A stretch of DNA of 64,000 nucleotides, taken from positions 270,482 to 334,481 of the forward strand of contig NW_002060952.1 in the NCBI RefSeq assembly GCF_000150275.1, written 5' to 3'. Below the pieces are notes generated by a model, which was not told the origin of the DNA, ran no database searches, and saw only the letters and a program-made list of their open reading frames with translations. Positions 1 to 13,199 of this stretch are shown here, piece by piece. Source of the stretch: Trichoplax adhaerens. Its lineage: Eukaryota; Animalia; Placozoa. A program made the translations under genes and the position numbers. Position 1 is the first letter of the stretch. The number at the start of each line of letters is the position of its first letter.

Positions 1-2989
1 TACTAACAAAATTAATGATTAGTACTATTAGCATGACAATATTGTACCAGAATACAGGGAAATAGTCTATAATTTATTATAAATCGGTACAGTATCATTA
101 GAGCTAATTGGATATCATTAATGTTACAGTACAAAATTATTGCATAATAATATAAAAGACTCGATATTGTTACCGATCTTAACTATTGCTAGCATTAATT
201 AAAGTACTGTAGTTGACAATTAAACGGAACAGTAAGCGTTGATCGTAGCCATAATCTTTGCAATTTTCTCAGTAGTCAGCGCTAATGGTATATACTCTAT
301 TATAAAATAGGATGAATAGTAGGACTGGCATACCTTAGGAAATTGATCAATTTTTCTTTCCTGCTTACTTGCCATGATAAATAACAGGTAACAGTTGCTT
401 CTTTTAATCCAATAATTTGAATTTGATACAATCAACTATAACTATGAGAAAAAGTGGACAATTTCAATTTGAGATTCCTTATGCCTATGGCTAGTAGATT
501 TAATTTATTATTCTCGTAGAAAAATCTTTGAGTTTATAGATACATATACGCGTAAACATGAGTCAAACTTGTATTGAATTATCTCTGGGTAAAAATTGCT
601 GATCAATTGTTGGATAATTAAGAGTGCCTGATAATTAATGTTATTATGTTATGCTTGATTTTGAGCAATACTAGCACGAACTTTACTAACGACCATGGCG
701 GTCCACTTTTACCTTTTTGGCTATCATGGTGCAGCTAAGAATACGCATAATACAAGCAGAAAAATTATACCCTTGTTCAAGTATTAAATATTAACATCAG
801 TTAGATACGCTATGAGCACATTTCTAAATTGTGGCAAATAAGATAGTCCGTGTCTACACTGCTAGTAATTTGCATCTAATATAGATTATTTAACTTTTTA
901 ATAGAAATTGCAGTCAGATCAAAGTGTAAGCTGAAGTCTTTTCATACATAGCTTAAACCTATTTCTAGCTTTTACTTTTTTATTTCGGCTGTATATATTT
1001 TATGTGCTCCTACTATTTATGGAAAGGTTTTTAACAGGGGTTGTAAGTACATGAGATTGTGAAAAGGTCGGTAATAATTAATTTTTCGTTCGTACGTGTT
1101 TACTATATTTTCTTCATTCTAGGATGATATTGCTGTCGTACATCTTTGTACAACCTTACTAGATTATATAATTACTAAGGAAATGCCTATAATATGCGAT
1201 AAAAGTGTGGTAATAGAAATCTTTATAGCTTCTAAAAGCTCTTGTAAATTGGAATCGATAATACCCAATGGCTTTACCTTGTCTCATCTTAGCCACTGCT
1301 GTCAATTTTGTATATACGGAACATCATAGTGAGTAAGCAATTTGATTTAACGGCAATAGCGTCGATCACTAGTTTTTCTCATAAATTTCAGATATTTTCG
1401 GGAGGATAAAAGTTTTGGGAAACGAAAAACAGCAACAAAAGGTGATTAAACATACTTTTGTCATGTCTAGTAAAAAGTAGAGCACAAATTGTCGATAGTT
1501 ACTATTGCTAGGGTTTACAAAAAAGTTACTGTAACACTGTTATACGAATATATCGCGAATATTAATAGATGGCTTCGTAGATTAATTAACCTATTCACAT
1601 TATTTCGTAGTAGAAAGTGATTAGAAATTGAGTATCTCAAATATAAGAATTTATCTGATGTACATATTGATATTCAAATTTAGTCGATAGAGAGAATGTG
1701 TTTATCATCAAGTTTGATTCGTACTGAAATTTAAAAACAAAAACTTAAAAGAAATATCGGTAGATTTACCGGAAGTCTATCCGGCTAATTTTTCATGATA
1801 ACCGTGATATGGCTTTTAGCTGCCTATCTACGCGTATACGCATGAAAGCATATCGATGGAAAGATTTAAATCTTCGTCAGCTACATCCTACATTGTTGCA
1901 GCCAATTTTATATTATCCTATACGATGGGCTATTATCGAACTATGAAATGCTTGCTGTACTTTACTTTAAATTACACGATCGTAGTATGTACCCCTCGCT
2001 GTAGTATTATTGATCCATCTTATCCATTAGAGGCAATAGGGTGTGAGATAGACAACAAAATTAGCGTGAAACTCTAGATCACATCATTATTGGAATCCAT
2101 TGCAAGTATAGAGTAGAACACAATCAGATAGTCATTTGATCAATTCCACTGTGACTTGATCCCAACTACAATATAGTCATTGTAAGTCATGTTAACTCTA
2201 TCGCGTATGCCGATCATTACCAAGAATATTACTATCATTGTTTAATCTCCACTTCAAAAATGGTATTACTTTTTCCTACAGCAATTACGTTAGGATAACT
2301 ACTCTATTCAATGAAAGATATTGTATACAGTAGATTTAATCTCACATTGCGGTAGAAGAATACTCTCTATCAAAGTAGAAACGTTCATTCATTATCGATG
2401 TTTGATAACTATTTCTAACGATGGATATTATCCTATTGGATAAATTGAAATTGTTGTAATTGTACCTGTCGATACCTATTATCGATTCATATCGACAATC
2501 TTGCTTTTCAATCAAGTTGAAATGCCATTGTAGTAATCAATCTTATGAAATGCATTGCCTATTCTGTACTTACCAATCGATCGATGTCCAACTTGAACTC
2601 TTTCTCTTTCTCTCCAAGTAATAGGCAATGATTGAACAAGAACCTTGATCAATTCCTGGAATAGTGAAATCTTCTCACACGATGTATATCGCTGCGTTGA
2701 ACGGATATGTAATGGAGGGCAATCAAAATAAATAGAGAATCAACAGCCGTCAATTGATGTGCTCACTTGATGAACTCGGTAATCATGCATTAATGAAGAT
2801 AGAGCTTCTAATAATATTGACTATCGTTTCCCTCTGTCTCTCTCTCTCTTTCTCGATGTCCAATCGACACAGTAGTTATAACACCAGTCAGTAATTCTGG
2901 CCAAGATGATCAGCACTATTAATTTCGATGGATAGTTTGGCTTATTCAGGCAAACTGTTTAAAATCTTCTTCTCAACAAACGAGCGAAT

Positions 2990-3200
2990 ATTAATGCGGT
3001 ATTAACGGTAAGATAACGGTGATAACGGTCTCCGAGCCGGGCGCAGTACGGTACGGTACGGTACGGTACGATATCGAGGAAGACGAAAGTCCAAGCCACC
3101 CCTACAGCAGTTGCAGTTATGGCGCACCATGTACTGTAGTGTACTGCCAGACACTTTAAGAACGCTAACCTCTAGATTATAACATTGACTTAGTACTAGT
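2990..3200. promoter_or_regulatory. CpG/GC-enriched island with (GTACG)n microsatellite; candidate promoter
   Basis: Local GC/CpG enrichment against an AT-rich background. cagtacggtacggtacggtacggtacg at ~3044-3070. Composition resembles the regions upstream of the ABCB and FBXO21-A genes. Confidence 0.4.
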
Positions 3201-3442
3201 GCAAGTAATGGATGATTCAAATCAAACTAGAAGTGGATATGGTATACCAGTGCTAGTTGGTGATTGAGCCATTGACTTATTGTACAGGTGTTTTGGGTGG
3301 GGTTGAACTTGTTCTATTTGCTAGCCAGCCCATGGTTACTCATATCTTGGGGGTACAGAGCATGCTCCAGCCACAGCCATAGTCAACACACACTGCAAGT
3401 CAAGTCATATGCTTAAAAATAGTACGTGACTCAGTCATTCAA

Positions 3443-3730
3443 AAATGGCGTAAGCCTAAGGCAATCAGGCTTGATAATTATTTTAATCATGACAGGAACT
3501 ACTCAACTAAAATTATTCCTTGACTGCTTGCAACTAAAGTTTTTCGTTTTTAAAATAAAATCTCCAAGTTTGGGGGGGGGGGAAATGGCGTAAGCCTAAG
3601 GCAGTCAGACTTGATAATTATTTCTATCATGACAGGAACTACTCAACTAAAAATATTCCTTGACTGCTTGCAACTAAAGTTTTTCGTCTTTGAAATAAAA
3701 TCTCCGCAAGGTTTTTTTCGGTAGGGGGGA
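3443..3730. repeat. Direct tandem duplication, 140-bp period, two copies each trailed by a G-run
   Basis: aaatggcgtaagcctaaggca...aaataaaatctcc occurs at 3443-3565 and 3583-3705 with few substitutions. G11 at 3572-3582 and G6 near 3724. Confidence 0.92.
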
Positions 3731-3887
3731 AAAGGATATTATAAGAAGGAATGGTGCATGGAGACAAATTTCGGTCTAGACATCCTTAGCGTGGACACGC
3801 AGTAATGGTACTGTATATCAATGGACAGTATCTATAAGCTCATCACCATTCGCTACATACAGTCACGGTAGGCGCTCTCAATATGTC

Positions 3888-4021
3888 TGTTGGGGCAAAT
3901 TTTCGTCATCGGTAATTTTCTAGAACAGCCTCTGATTTTATATAGTCGCCGATGGAACGATGACTATATAAAATCAGAGACTATTCTAGAAAATTACCGA
4001 TGGCGTAAATTCGCCCCGACA
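3888..4021. mobile_element. Foldback/MITE-like element: 64-bp inverted arms, 6-nt spacer, TGT...ACA ends, 4-bp TGTC target-site duplication
   Basis: Arm 3888-3951 matches the reverse complement of 3958-4021 at 56/64 positions without gaps. The spacer is ATGGAA. TGTC lies at both 3884-3887 and 4022-4025. Confidence 0.75.
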
Positions 4022-5888
4022 TGTCTACGTTCTCTACGAAATCGAGTCAAAGTGACAAGATCTGATGGCGATATTTCAATATTTTCAAAAATTGCATGGA
4101 TGTGCTCGAGCAAATAAAACAAATTAATTGAGTCCTGCTATCGTCATTATAAAATAGACGAAGGTACAATAAAGAAATGCTATCATTTAAAAATGACGCA
4201 TTATGTAAAAGGTATCATCAAGCAAGAACCTATCTATAGATTCGATACAGTCTATCAGGTATGCTGATTGATTTCAATAGGCATCCCACGGGTATGGGCA
4301 CCGCTTGAAATATGGTCAAGTTTTTTATTTTTTTATTACACATCAGTGCATATAAACGGACTAGCGCAAGTGATTCTTGAAGAAAATACAATTTTTAGCG
4401 GTTACTCTATCAAAAATTTGACCCTACACCACTTGAAATATCTTAATTGAAAAGCAAACATACTAGAGGTAGTATATTCACTCTTTCAAGGAGAATTTTA
4501 AATAATTTAACGTCAGCATTGTCCTTCGACAACAGTTTGTATACGAGTATACGTCAAATAATTCTTCTAATTAATCATCTGACGTCAATAATGTCTATCT
4601 ACGCGCACTACAGTCATATATACGCAACTATACGAGAATAGTCGTTGTATATAAGAAAGGAATTTTTTTTAAAATGATCTAAGGTCAATATTATCTATCG
4701 ATAAAAGTCGTATATGCTAGGTCAAGTTTAGCAAACCAATGATTTGACAAAGTAAAGTAAGCTAAGCAAAGTTGACTTAACTTACAGTCGAAACAGCGAA
4801 AAATAAGGCTAAAATTTTGAATTACCTGATATTAATATTATTATAATAATTGCAGCTAATTACAGTAGTAATGTGTTTAGAGAGTATAATAGTACCGTAA
4901 TGGAAGTTAGGCGCTATATGACATAGAATAGTTGGTTGTACTCATATAAAATAATTGCAAATGATATGGAACAGTCATATACATCTATACCAGTATATAC
5001 TGTATATACGCATTACACTAGACAGTACAAGTAAGACAATTTCTGAATAATCTGACATCAATATTGTCCATCTACAAAAGTTGTCTGTCTATACAGTACA
5101 TCCGCGGTAAATTTGTAACTGACAAAATTGGAATATGCAATGTTTTATCGAACAGTAAATATAATTTTAACGTATAATTCCAATTTTGCCGCATAAAGCC
5201 TTTGCTATTGCATCTAGAGTTGCACAATAATTTTGTACAATGGATACGCCATAGTCTGATCGCAGTATCGTAAAAACATTAATTATACATTAATAACATT
5301 ACTTGACGATTTCATTTGATGATTATGGCGAAGCATAGACTGCAATTTACCCTGTGAATGCGTAAATTACAAACATGCAATAATCATACAGAGTGCAGTA
5401 GTTGAACTCTAGCTACAATTTTGTAACATAAATTATAGCGTCGTTGCGGCTCCAATAAATTGCCATACGAGTAAAGAGCAACATCCTACTATTTGTATCG
5501 ATAGAATATCCAGTATATCCTAACTTAATAATAAAATTTTACTTGTAACATACAATATAATTTTTCTAAACAACAAGCTTATCAACTTGCAAGCTTTAGA
5601 ACATCAAAGAATCCAACTTATGATATTATAGTCATCTCCTGAAATCTACTGGTATTTATACTGGTAAGATAGAGCATTCTAATTCTCGTGCTTAAACGCC
5701 TACAAGCATTCAATAATATACCTAGTGTAATAATGATATAACGATTGTAACTGAAGAGATTATGCTCTACAATACCGTATATTGACTGGTATAGTAAGTA
5801 AATAAGTAGTTCTTGCCTAAACACTATAGATGCCTTTACTTCTAGATTTCCTGTAATAAAGTTAAATTCCAGTTTTTCACTAAGTTAT

Positions 5889-6030
5889 TTTGGAATTATT
5901 GCGGACCGCAGCCAATTGATTTTATTATACACATCCATCGCTATCTGTGCATTTCGATAGTTTGGAATTATGATGGACCTCAGCCAATTGATTTATTATA
6001 TATTTCTATCTCTATCCGTTCATTTCGTTA
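5889..6030. repeat. Short tandem duplication, ~72-bp period, 2 copies
   Basis: tttggaattat...ggacc.cagccaattgattt..attata at ~5889 and ~5961. Confidence 0.75.
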
Positions 6031-7799
6031 TAACTATTATAATCAATCTAAAATGATATATTCTCTAATATGATGAATGTGAAAGTTTTCGCTAAAAAGC
6101 TAAAAGAGCAAGGTAAGATTTTTGAAAAGAACATAATCTTTACCGAACGAAAAATAAATTATTATCCGAATCGAAAAAATCTCAATTCTAATATCAGCTA
6201 TCCCAATAAGCCGCTAAAGTATAGTTATTTTATTTAGCAAAAATAAGCTTCGTACTTTTTTAGCCTGCTATAATTTTATGATTGTAGAGGCAGTAGTATT
6301 ACGATATATCTGAAACAGAAATGACTATCCATCTTTAGTTTTTGTTTTTATTACGAACGTCGCAATGACCTAATAGCTCATAGTTTTATCAATTTTAGTA
6401 TTGTAAAATATTTCGCTATATAGATTCATCATTTATGCTTCTAGTTGCTGACTTAAAGAAAAAGAAAAGAAAGTTATAATTATCGCTCGCGACCAAGATT
6501 TCCTGCAATTTTAAATATCAACAAACTTCATAATAAAACACCCATCGTTGTTTTAGCTAGAGACTCCTACGAGAAATCCCCTAAAGGAAATTTTTCTTTC
6601 TTACAAACCCCTGTTTTTGCAAGAAAAATGAAAATCTGTTTTTGTAAACTACAAATGAATCAATTGTATAGAATTGTTGTACAGGCTAAAGCCAATTATC
6701 CTATTTACCTTAGCTGTTTTTAACTGTTATTATATGCGGAAGGAAAGTAAATTCTTCTCGGACCGGCAAGCTATTAATAAACGATACTTTTAAGGTTAAA
6801 CGTGATGTTGACCTATTTGTACAAGTACATTGGACATCTGCTTGAATTTAATAAATCAAATTTCTAGTGAGTACATTGCGAATATTAGGGGGATAAATCA
6901 TAAACCCATTCATTGTAATCCAATATCCGAAGTAGAAATGATTACCTATCTTTATGTAATAGTTTGATGACGATCATCATTAATCAATAAGCAGGTATCG
7001 CATCGCTTCATCAAGGAATAATCTTTTACAAGCAAATCATTAACTACCTAGTCAATAACATTAAATAGAATCTCTAATCTAAAGACAATAAAACATGTAA
7101 TCGTCGACGCCAAGAATTTCCCAGAATTTCATAATAATCAGCACAAACAGCCATTATTAGCTAGCAGGAAATATCAACCATACCGTCTGTTCTATTAATT
7201 TCATTACCAAAGGAGATATTAATGTCACATCAAAAATAAACCTTAATATTCAATTTCATCTTTCCTTATTACCAGCTCAATCGAGATGACTGTATCTCTT
7301 AATTTAATCAAGGTAAAAATATTTTAACCAATTAAAAGAGGGTAATCTCACAATTACGATATTAATTACAACTAGCCAATTGACTTAATTCTTTCTAGCC
7401 AATTAATGACCCAAGATCAATAGAAATTTCAAAAATTCAATCATCAAAGAGGACTGGATAATATTATTAATTCTAATTCTACAAACATTAATTATTTTCT
7501 TATAAATGCGTGGCTATATCCATGTACCAATTCACCCAAATAGTAATGAATCAGTCACGACTACCAGAACTTCTTCCATTATAATATCATCCATGCATTA
7601 ATATTAAATGAAAGGCTCACAGTCTTGGCTCTCAGTCTTGACCGGATATCAAATAATGCAAACACCTATGTCAACTTTATTTTGTGCTTAACTTCCATCG
7701 CTATTAATAACTGGGAATTCCATCGCCTACTATTAGCATTATTTCCCGTCTACTATACTTTTATCTACTGTACTTACTGATCACGACTAAGATATTTCC

Positions 7800-9180
7800 A
7801 ATCATATTTGAATAGTGGTGTAGTATTCCACCAATAGCTTTTTATTAATTTTAGAGCAAAATTGCTATCGATCAAATTTTTGAAATTGAAATAGTGTAAA
7901 GACCCAGCATCAATATCCATTGACAGTGAAATAATAATCCAACCAATAGAGTAAATTCTCGATTCTATAGTAAAATGGTCATTGATTCTATAGTTTACCC
8001 GATTCTTTGATCTTATGTTAAATGGAATTAATGGAAAGGCCCAGTATTAATATCCATTGGCATTTCAATCACGGCACTGTATTTAACCAAGGCAGTAAAT
8101 TCTTGATTTTTCATCGTAAATTTCTTTAATTTCTATAGTTTATCTGATTCTTTGATCCTCTTTGAGTTTTACAGCGAGATGACCATTAATTTTATAGTTT
8201 ACCTGATCTTTTGATCCTATTTCAAATGAAAGTAACAGGAAGCCAGGCATTAAAATCCGTTGGCATTTCAGTCACGCCATAGTATTCAACTAATAGAGTG
8301 AATTCTTAATAGCGAATTTCTTCAGGTTCTATAGTTTATCTGATTTTTTGATCCAGCTCTAAATCGAAATAGTAGAAAGGGATAGCGTTAATATTCCTTG
8401 GCATTTTAATCATGACGTAGCGTTAGACTAATAAGGTCCTATTTTAATTTTAGAGCAAAAATAGCCGTTGATCCAATCTTCAAATTGAAATAGAAGATAG
8501 CTGCAGCAGTAGTATCTCTTGACATTTTAATCATGATGCAGTATTAGACTAATAAAGTCCTATTTTAATTCCAGAGTGAAATGGCCGTTGATCCAATCCT
8601 CAAATTGAAAATAATAGATAGATTTAGCATTAGTATTCATTGACACTATAATCTCGATGTAGTATTTGACCAATGAAGTCATTTTTTAATTTTTCAGCCA
8701 AAATAGCCATTAATCCAATTTTAAATTTAAATGGATATCAATACCCTGCATTAATATCCATTGACAGTGGGATAATAACTCAATCGGTAGCGTACATTCT
8801 TGATTTTATAACAGAATGGCCACTGATTGTAAATTTTGTACGATCGTCGATCCAATTTTAAATTGAAGCTGTAAAAAATCCCATCACTAATATCCGTCCG
8901 AATTATAATATGATGCAGTATTCTCCCAATAGAGTCAATTCTTGATTTTAAAGCAACATTAATTTTATAATTAATTCGATTCTTAGAGTTAAATTTTAAA
9001 TTAAAATGATATAAAAAAAACCCAGCATAAGCGTCCATCGAGATTTCAGTGGTCTTGCACTATTCGACTACTAGAGTAAATTCTCAACTCGACAGCAAAA
9101 TGGCTATTAATTTAGCGGTTTATCCTATTCTTGGATGCAATTTTAAGATGAAATAGTAGTAAAACTCTACATTAATACTC
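7800..9180. repeat. Degenerate tandem array, ~120-135-bp unit, about 10 copies
   Basis: Recurrent gatccaat..t.aaattgaaatag...cagcattaatatccattg(g/a)ca motif at ~7870, 8010, 8215, 8350, 8470, 8590, 8713, 8848, 8978, 9135. The copies at 8470 and 8590 are exactly 120 bp apart. Confidence 0.8.
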
Positions 9181-12099
9181 ACCCAATAATATATATAGTT
9201 TGACTTATTGAAATTCCCTTTTTTGTATTTAGGTGAGTGCTAATCCTAAACAACATTTTGTGCCGCCTTTTTTATGTTATTACCAGATGTTCATTTTAAT
9301 TTCTTTAGTATGAAAGAAAATGTAATTCTACAGAAAAAAATAGATTTGTAATTTTTTACTAACGGAATTTCCAATTTCAGTAAAATGCAAGAAATTGGTA
9401 TGCTTAGAAAACTTGCAAGACAACTATAGCCAGATTAGGCTTTTACTTTTTTTTACTAAATAATCGATGAATGGAATAGATAGACATCGTTTAGATTGAA
9501 AGCTAAAGTAAAATTACCGTCATGATTACGTAGGGATAATTATTAAGGATTACTTCCACCTGCCATGTTGAAATGACTGGTATGAGATCAGAAACAGACT
9601 TTGTTCATGTATGAGTAATCCAATTTTCATTGCTGTGCAGATATTTGAAAATTTTTGATGACATCAATGTATGATTAATGATCCAGTCTAATTCTCTAAT
9701 AGCAATTAAAATCACTGGATTAATCTGCTTATTTTGAAAGAAGAATTTATCTTGAATGCAATGGAGTATAAAGTCAATTAAAATTGACGTCAATCCTATT
9801 TTACTTAGAAAGAATAACTAGTACGAAACAACATCGTAAAGATGGAATAATATTGTCAAATGTCCAAATTACAACTCGATATCAATGGAACAATATCATT
9901 TATTTACTTTAGAGATGTAGTTTAATATTATTTTTGTCGTTATTTTTTCCTTTTTATCCCCACTATTCCGTTGTTACTCTAGTCCATTGGACCCTTATTG
10001 AAGTTCAATCAACGATAGACGAATAATATATCATTCATTGCTTATTGCAGTCTTGTTATGGATGGAATAGCGTTGAGTTAATCATTAACAAGAAGTTAGT
10101 TGTATTGGATTGAGAAAATCAAGTTGGTGTATACAATAGCCTACAGATGGGATCGAAGCGTTGTCAAGAAAAGGAGATGGAGAGAATTGATTTTTTTAAG
10201 GAAATTGTGAACTACCGCCAACTCATGTCTAGTTGTTTTGCCGAATGCGTGGGCAAATGGCAAAGAATACAAGTTTATATAGTTATCAAGGCAACTTTCT
10301 CATCACTCTATTATTGCAATTGAAGGTAAATGAGTAAAACATATGCCCCTAAAATCTCTTTCTTCAATAACTAATTAAGATACAAGTGAAATAGTATAGG
10401 CTATTTTGATTTCAATAAAACAATGTAATACCCTATTGAAATAAATTACCCCCATTGCAGCTAAATATATCCTCATTATGATGATAATCGTCACTGCTAG
10501 CGAATAAGAAATTGTTAATTTTCCAATGTTAAGAAAACATTATTAATTAACAATCATACTGTGGACTATTTCAATGGATTACATTTCTTAAATTGAGGCT
10601 AATGTCTTATTCTATTTTTGATAGTATCAAGGTTAATGATCTTAAAATGCGGCTATGGATATCGAGGAAAAGTCTAATAATAAAAGACCTTCTAGATTGC
10701 CTTAACTATATTTAGAATAGAGAAATGAATTACTTACAAAATCCTATCGAAACTTGTTTATTGATAGGATACTTCTTGGTTCTATTTTGACGGAAAATAG
10801 TAAACAACTGGGACATAACATCATTATACCTCCGATCTATTTTTGAATAGAGAAAATAATTTTAATTTACCTATCCTTGATACTATACCTATTGTCTAAT
10901 TAACTACATGATACTCTCTTCTATCAGTATAAGTACAATATTATTAAATTAATGTAGATAATAGGAGGAAAAGATGTGACTGAAAAAGAAAAGTAGCCAT
11001 AGCAGCAGAGGATGAATTAAATAAAAATTACGCACTGCAAAAATGGAAGGAGGAGGGAGAAAGAATGATAAGAAAGACTTTGTTCTGTCATGAATAGCTT
11101 AAAAATTAGCCAAATAAAATAGTGTATAATTAATCAAGATTAATCAAAAGGCACTCTTTTCTATACAATATAGTAATTTTTATATCAACTATAATTGAAA
11201 AGGACAAACTAAGACAGGCCGAGTGAGAGAGGAAAGAAAAAAGAACCCATGAAAAAATAAAACACACATATAATCTATTACCAAAGGCGTGGATACTAAC
11301 AGAAAAAAAACAACAGTTACATAACAAATGCAGGAAAAAAAATGGAATTATCCTATCATTGCTCCTAATGGCACATAAATGTTAATCTTACAATAGTGGA
11401 GAAGTGAATAAATCAGACAATAGAGTTGTAATTTCTCTCCTACAACATTAAACTAAAGTATACTCTCAACTTTTGAATACGATTCCTGTCGATGGCCAAT
11501 GAATCATTCATGCTTGTAGTCTAACTTATTTGGCTTTCATTTTCTTCTACCTTGAATTTTGTAGCCAACACCTTTTCCCATATTCCATTGGTGTGGTGTA
11601 CAAAAAAGAACTCAACACCTTACTCGATCCATTTTCAACGATTTACAACAAGTTACTCTGATTGATCCATCTTCAAGTCTATTCCAGATTTGCTGTATGT
11701 TGGTCCTTTATTTTTGACCTTCTATCTACGGCAGAATTCAAGTCTTTCAACCAATATTACTAATATCCTATGGTCTTCCATTTCTGTAAAATAGAAGATG
11801 AAATAATGCAACTGAATGGCTAATAGCAAAATTCAGACAAACCAATTTCCACATTAATCAATGAAAATTGATAAATCAAGTATACTATCGCCAATCATTC
11901 ATAGCTACCTAAACTTGTCTCACAAAAAGAGACAAGAAAACCATTTTTATCAGGATAATTTTTAATTTTTCGCCCAGTGGAAGATTGATTTCATTGCCTA
12001 ATGATAAAAAATTACTCTAATATATTAAATTTAATTAAACTGTTTTGATTTTTTCATCATCTTCTATACTATAACTCTCCATACAACCATTATAACAAG

Positions 12100-13188
12100 A
12101 TGGTAAACTTAAATCAGACCTGCCAGGAACATTCGATAAATAGCTCCTGTTCTTGGCCATTTTCTGATGTAGTTGCAGCCAGTCTGACGATCGCCATGAT
12201 TATAGTGGCTATCATCACCATTGTATGTAATACTGCAGTCCTTACGGTCATCTTTAACAAACCTATGCTACAAAATGCTACTGGTTTCTTAATGTTTAGC
12301 TTAGCTATTGCCGATCTTTTGATTGGTCTTTTTACTATGCCAACATTAATTGTAACCTTATTAGCCAAAAATTGGGTATTTGGCGATGCTTTCTGTTCAG
12401 TGAGCGGTGTAATCCAAACTGCTATGAGTAATTTATCGGTTTGTGTTATTGTCGGCTTATGTATTGATCGCTATATTGCTATTCTACGTCCATTAAGATA
12501 TTGTAGTATCATTTCACGTAAAAGAGTTATTTTTTACTTGATGATAGCTTGGTCATTTTCAATCTTGTTAGCATCTTTACCCCTTTTTGGTTTACATCAA
12601 TTTGGACTTGGTCGCTATACTTATTTACCAAGCGAAGCTTCGTGTTGGCTATCTATTGCCGATAGTTATAACTTTATAATCCTATTTATTAATTTATTTC
12701 TAGCTTATACATTAGGCATTTTCATCGTTTATTGCTTAATTTATCGAGTAGCTCGTCGCAGCTTTTTTCGAATATCTGATATTACGTTAACTCTATCGCC
12801 TAAACATGATCGCCGTGTCAATTCCAAAGCTGCTAAGACAACATTTGTTATTGTAGGAGCATTTATATTATGTTGGATGCCAAGGATGATTTTACTTATT
12901 TATCAAGTACAACTTAAGTTAAGAAATGATCCTCAACTAGCTCATCATACTGTATCACCAATAGTGATGCTACTCCTAACTTGGCTATCCCTGATTAATT
13001 CAGCTTTAAATCCATTAATTTATGGTACCTATAATCGCAATTTTCGACGTAGTGTTGTAGAAATTTTATCCACGGGCGAAGCGAGATCGCGTGGCGAAAG
13101 TTTATCAAACCCTCATGCTAGGAAAATTAGCAATTTTACTACCAAATCTAGCTCACGTACAACATGCACCAATTGCTCATCAAGTTAA
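12100..13188 (+). CDS. Intronless class A (rhodopsin-like) 7TM GPCR, orphan (GPR161/amine-receptor-like fold), 362 aa
   Basis: Single ATG-to-TAA ORF with seven hydrophobic segments. Motifs: LAIADL (TM2), WxFG..C (ECL1/TM3), IDRY, CWMP (TM6), NPLIY (TM7). N-terminal N-glycosylation sequons NQT and NSS; Ser/Thr-rich C-tail. Confidence 0.95.
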   Translation: MVNLNQTCQEHSINSSCSWPFSDVVAASLTIAMIIVAIITIVCNTAVLTVIFNKPMLQNATGFLMFSLAIADLLIGLFTMPTLIVTLLAKNWVFGDAFCSVSGVIQTAMSNLSVCVIVGLCIDRYIAILRPLRYCSIISRKRVIFYLMIAWSFSILLASLPLFGLHQFGLGRYTYLPSEASCWLSIADSYNFIILFINLFLAYTLGIFIVYCLIYRVARRSFFRISDITLTLSPKHDRRVNSKAAKTTFVIVGAFILCWMPRMILLIYQVQLKLRNDPQLAHHTVSPIVMLLLTWLSLINSALNPLIYGTYNRNFRRSVVEILSTGEARSRGESLSNPHARKISNFTTKSSSRTTCTNCSSS

Positions 13189-13199
13189 TCTTCATGACC

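Noticed and set aside
12114-12368. 84-aa antisense ORF (also 43110-43325, 54887-55102, 41183-41374)
   Set aside because: Shadows or alternative frames of real coding exons with no independent motifs.
12100-13188. Calling the GPCRs adrenergic/histamine receptors or opsins
   Set aside because: Both lack Asp3.32 and Lys7.43.
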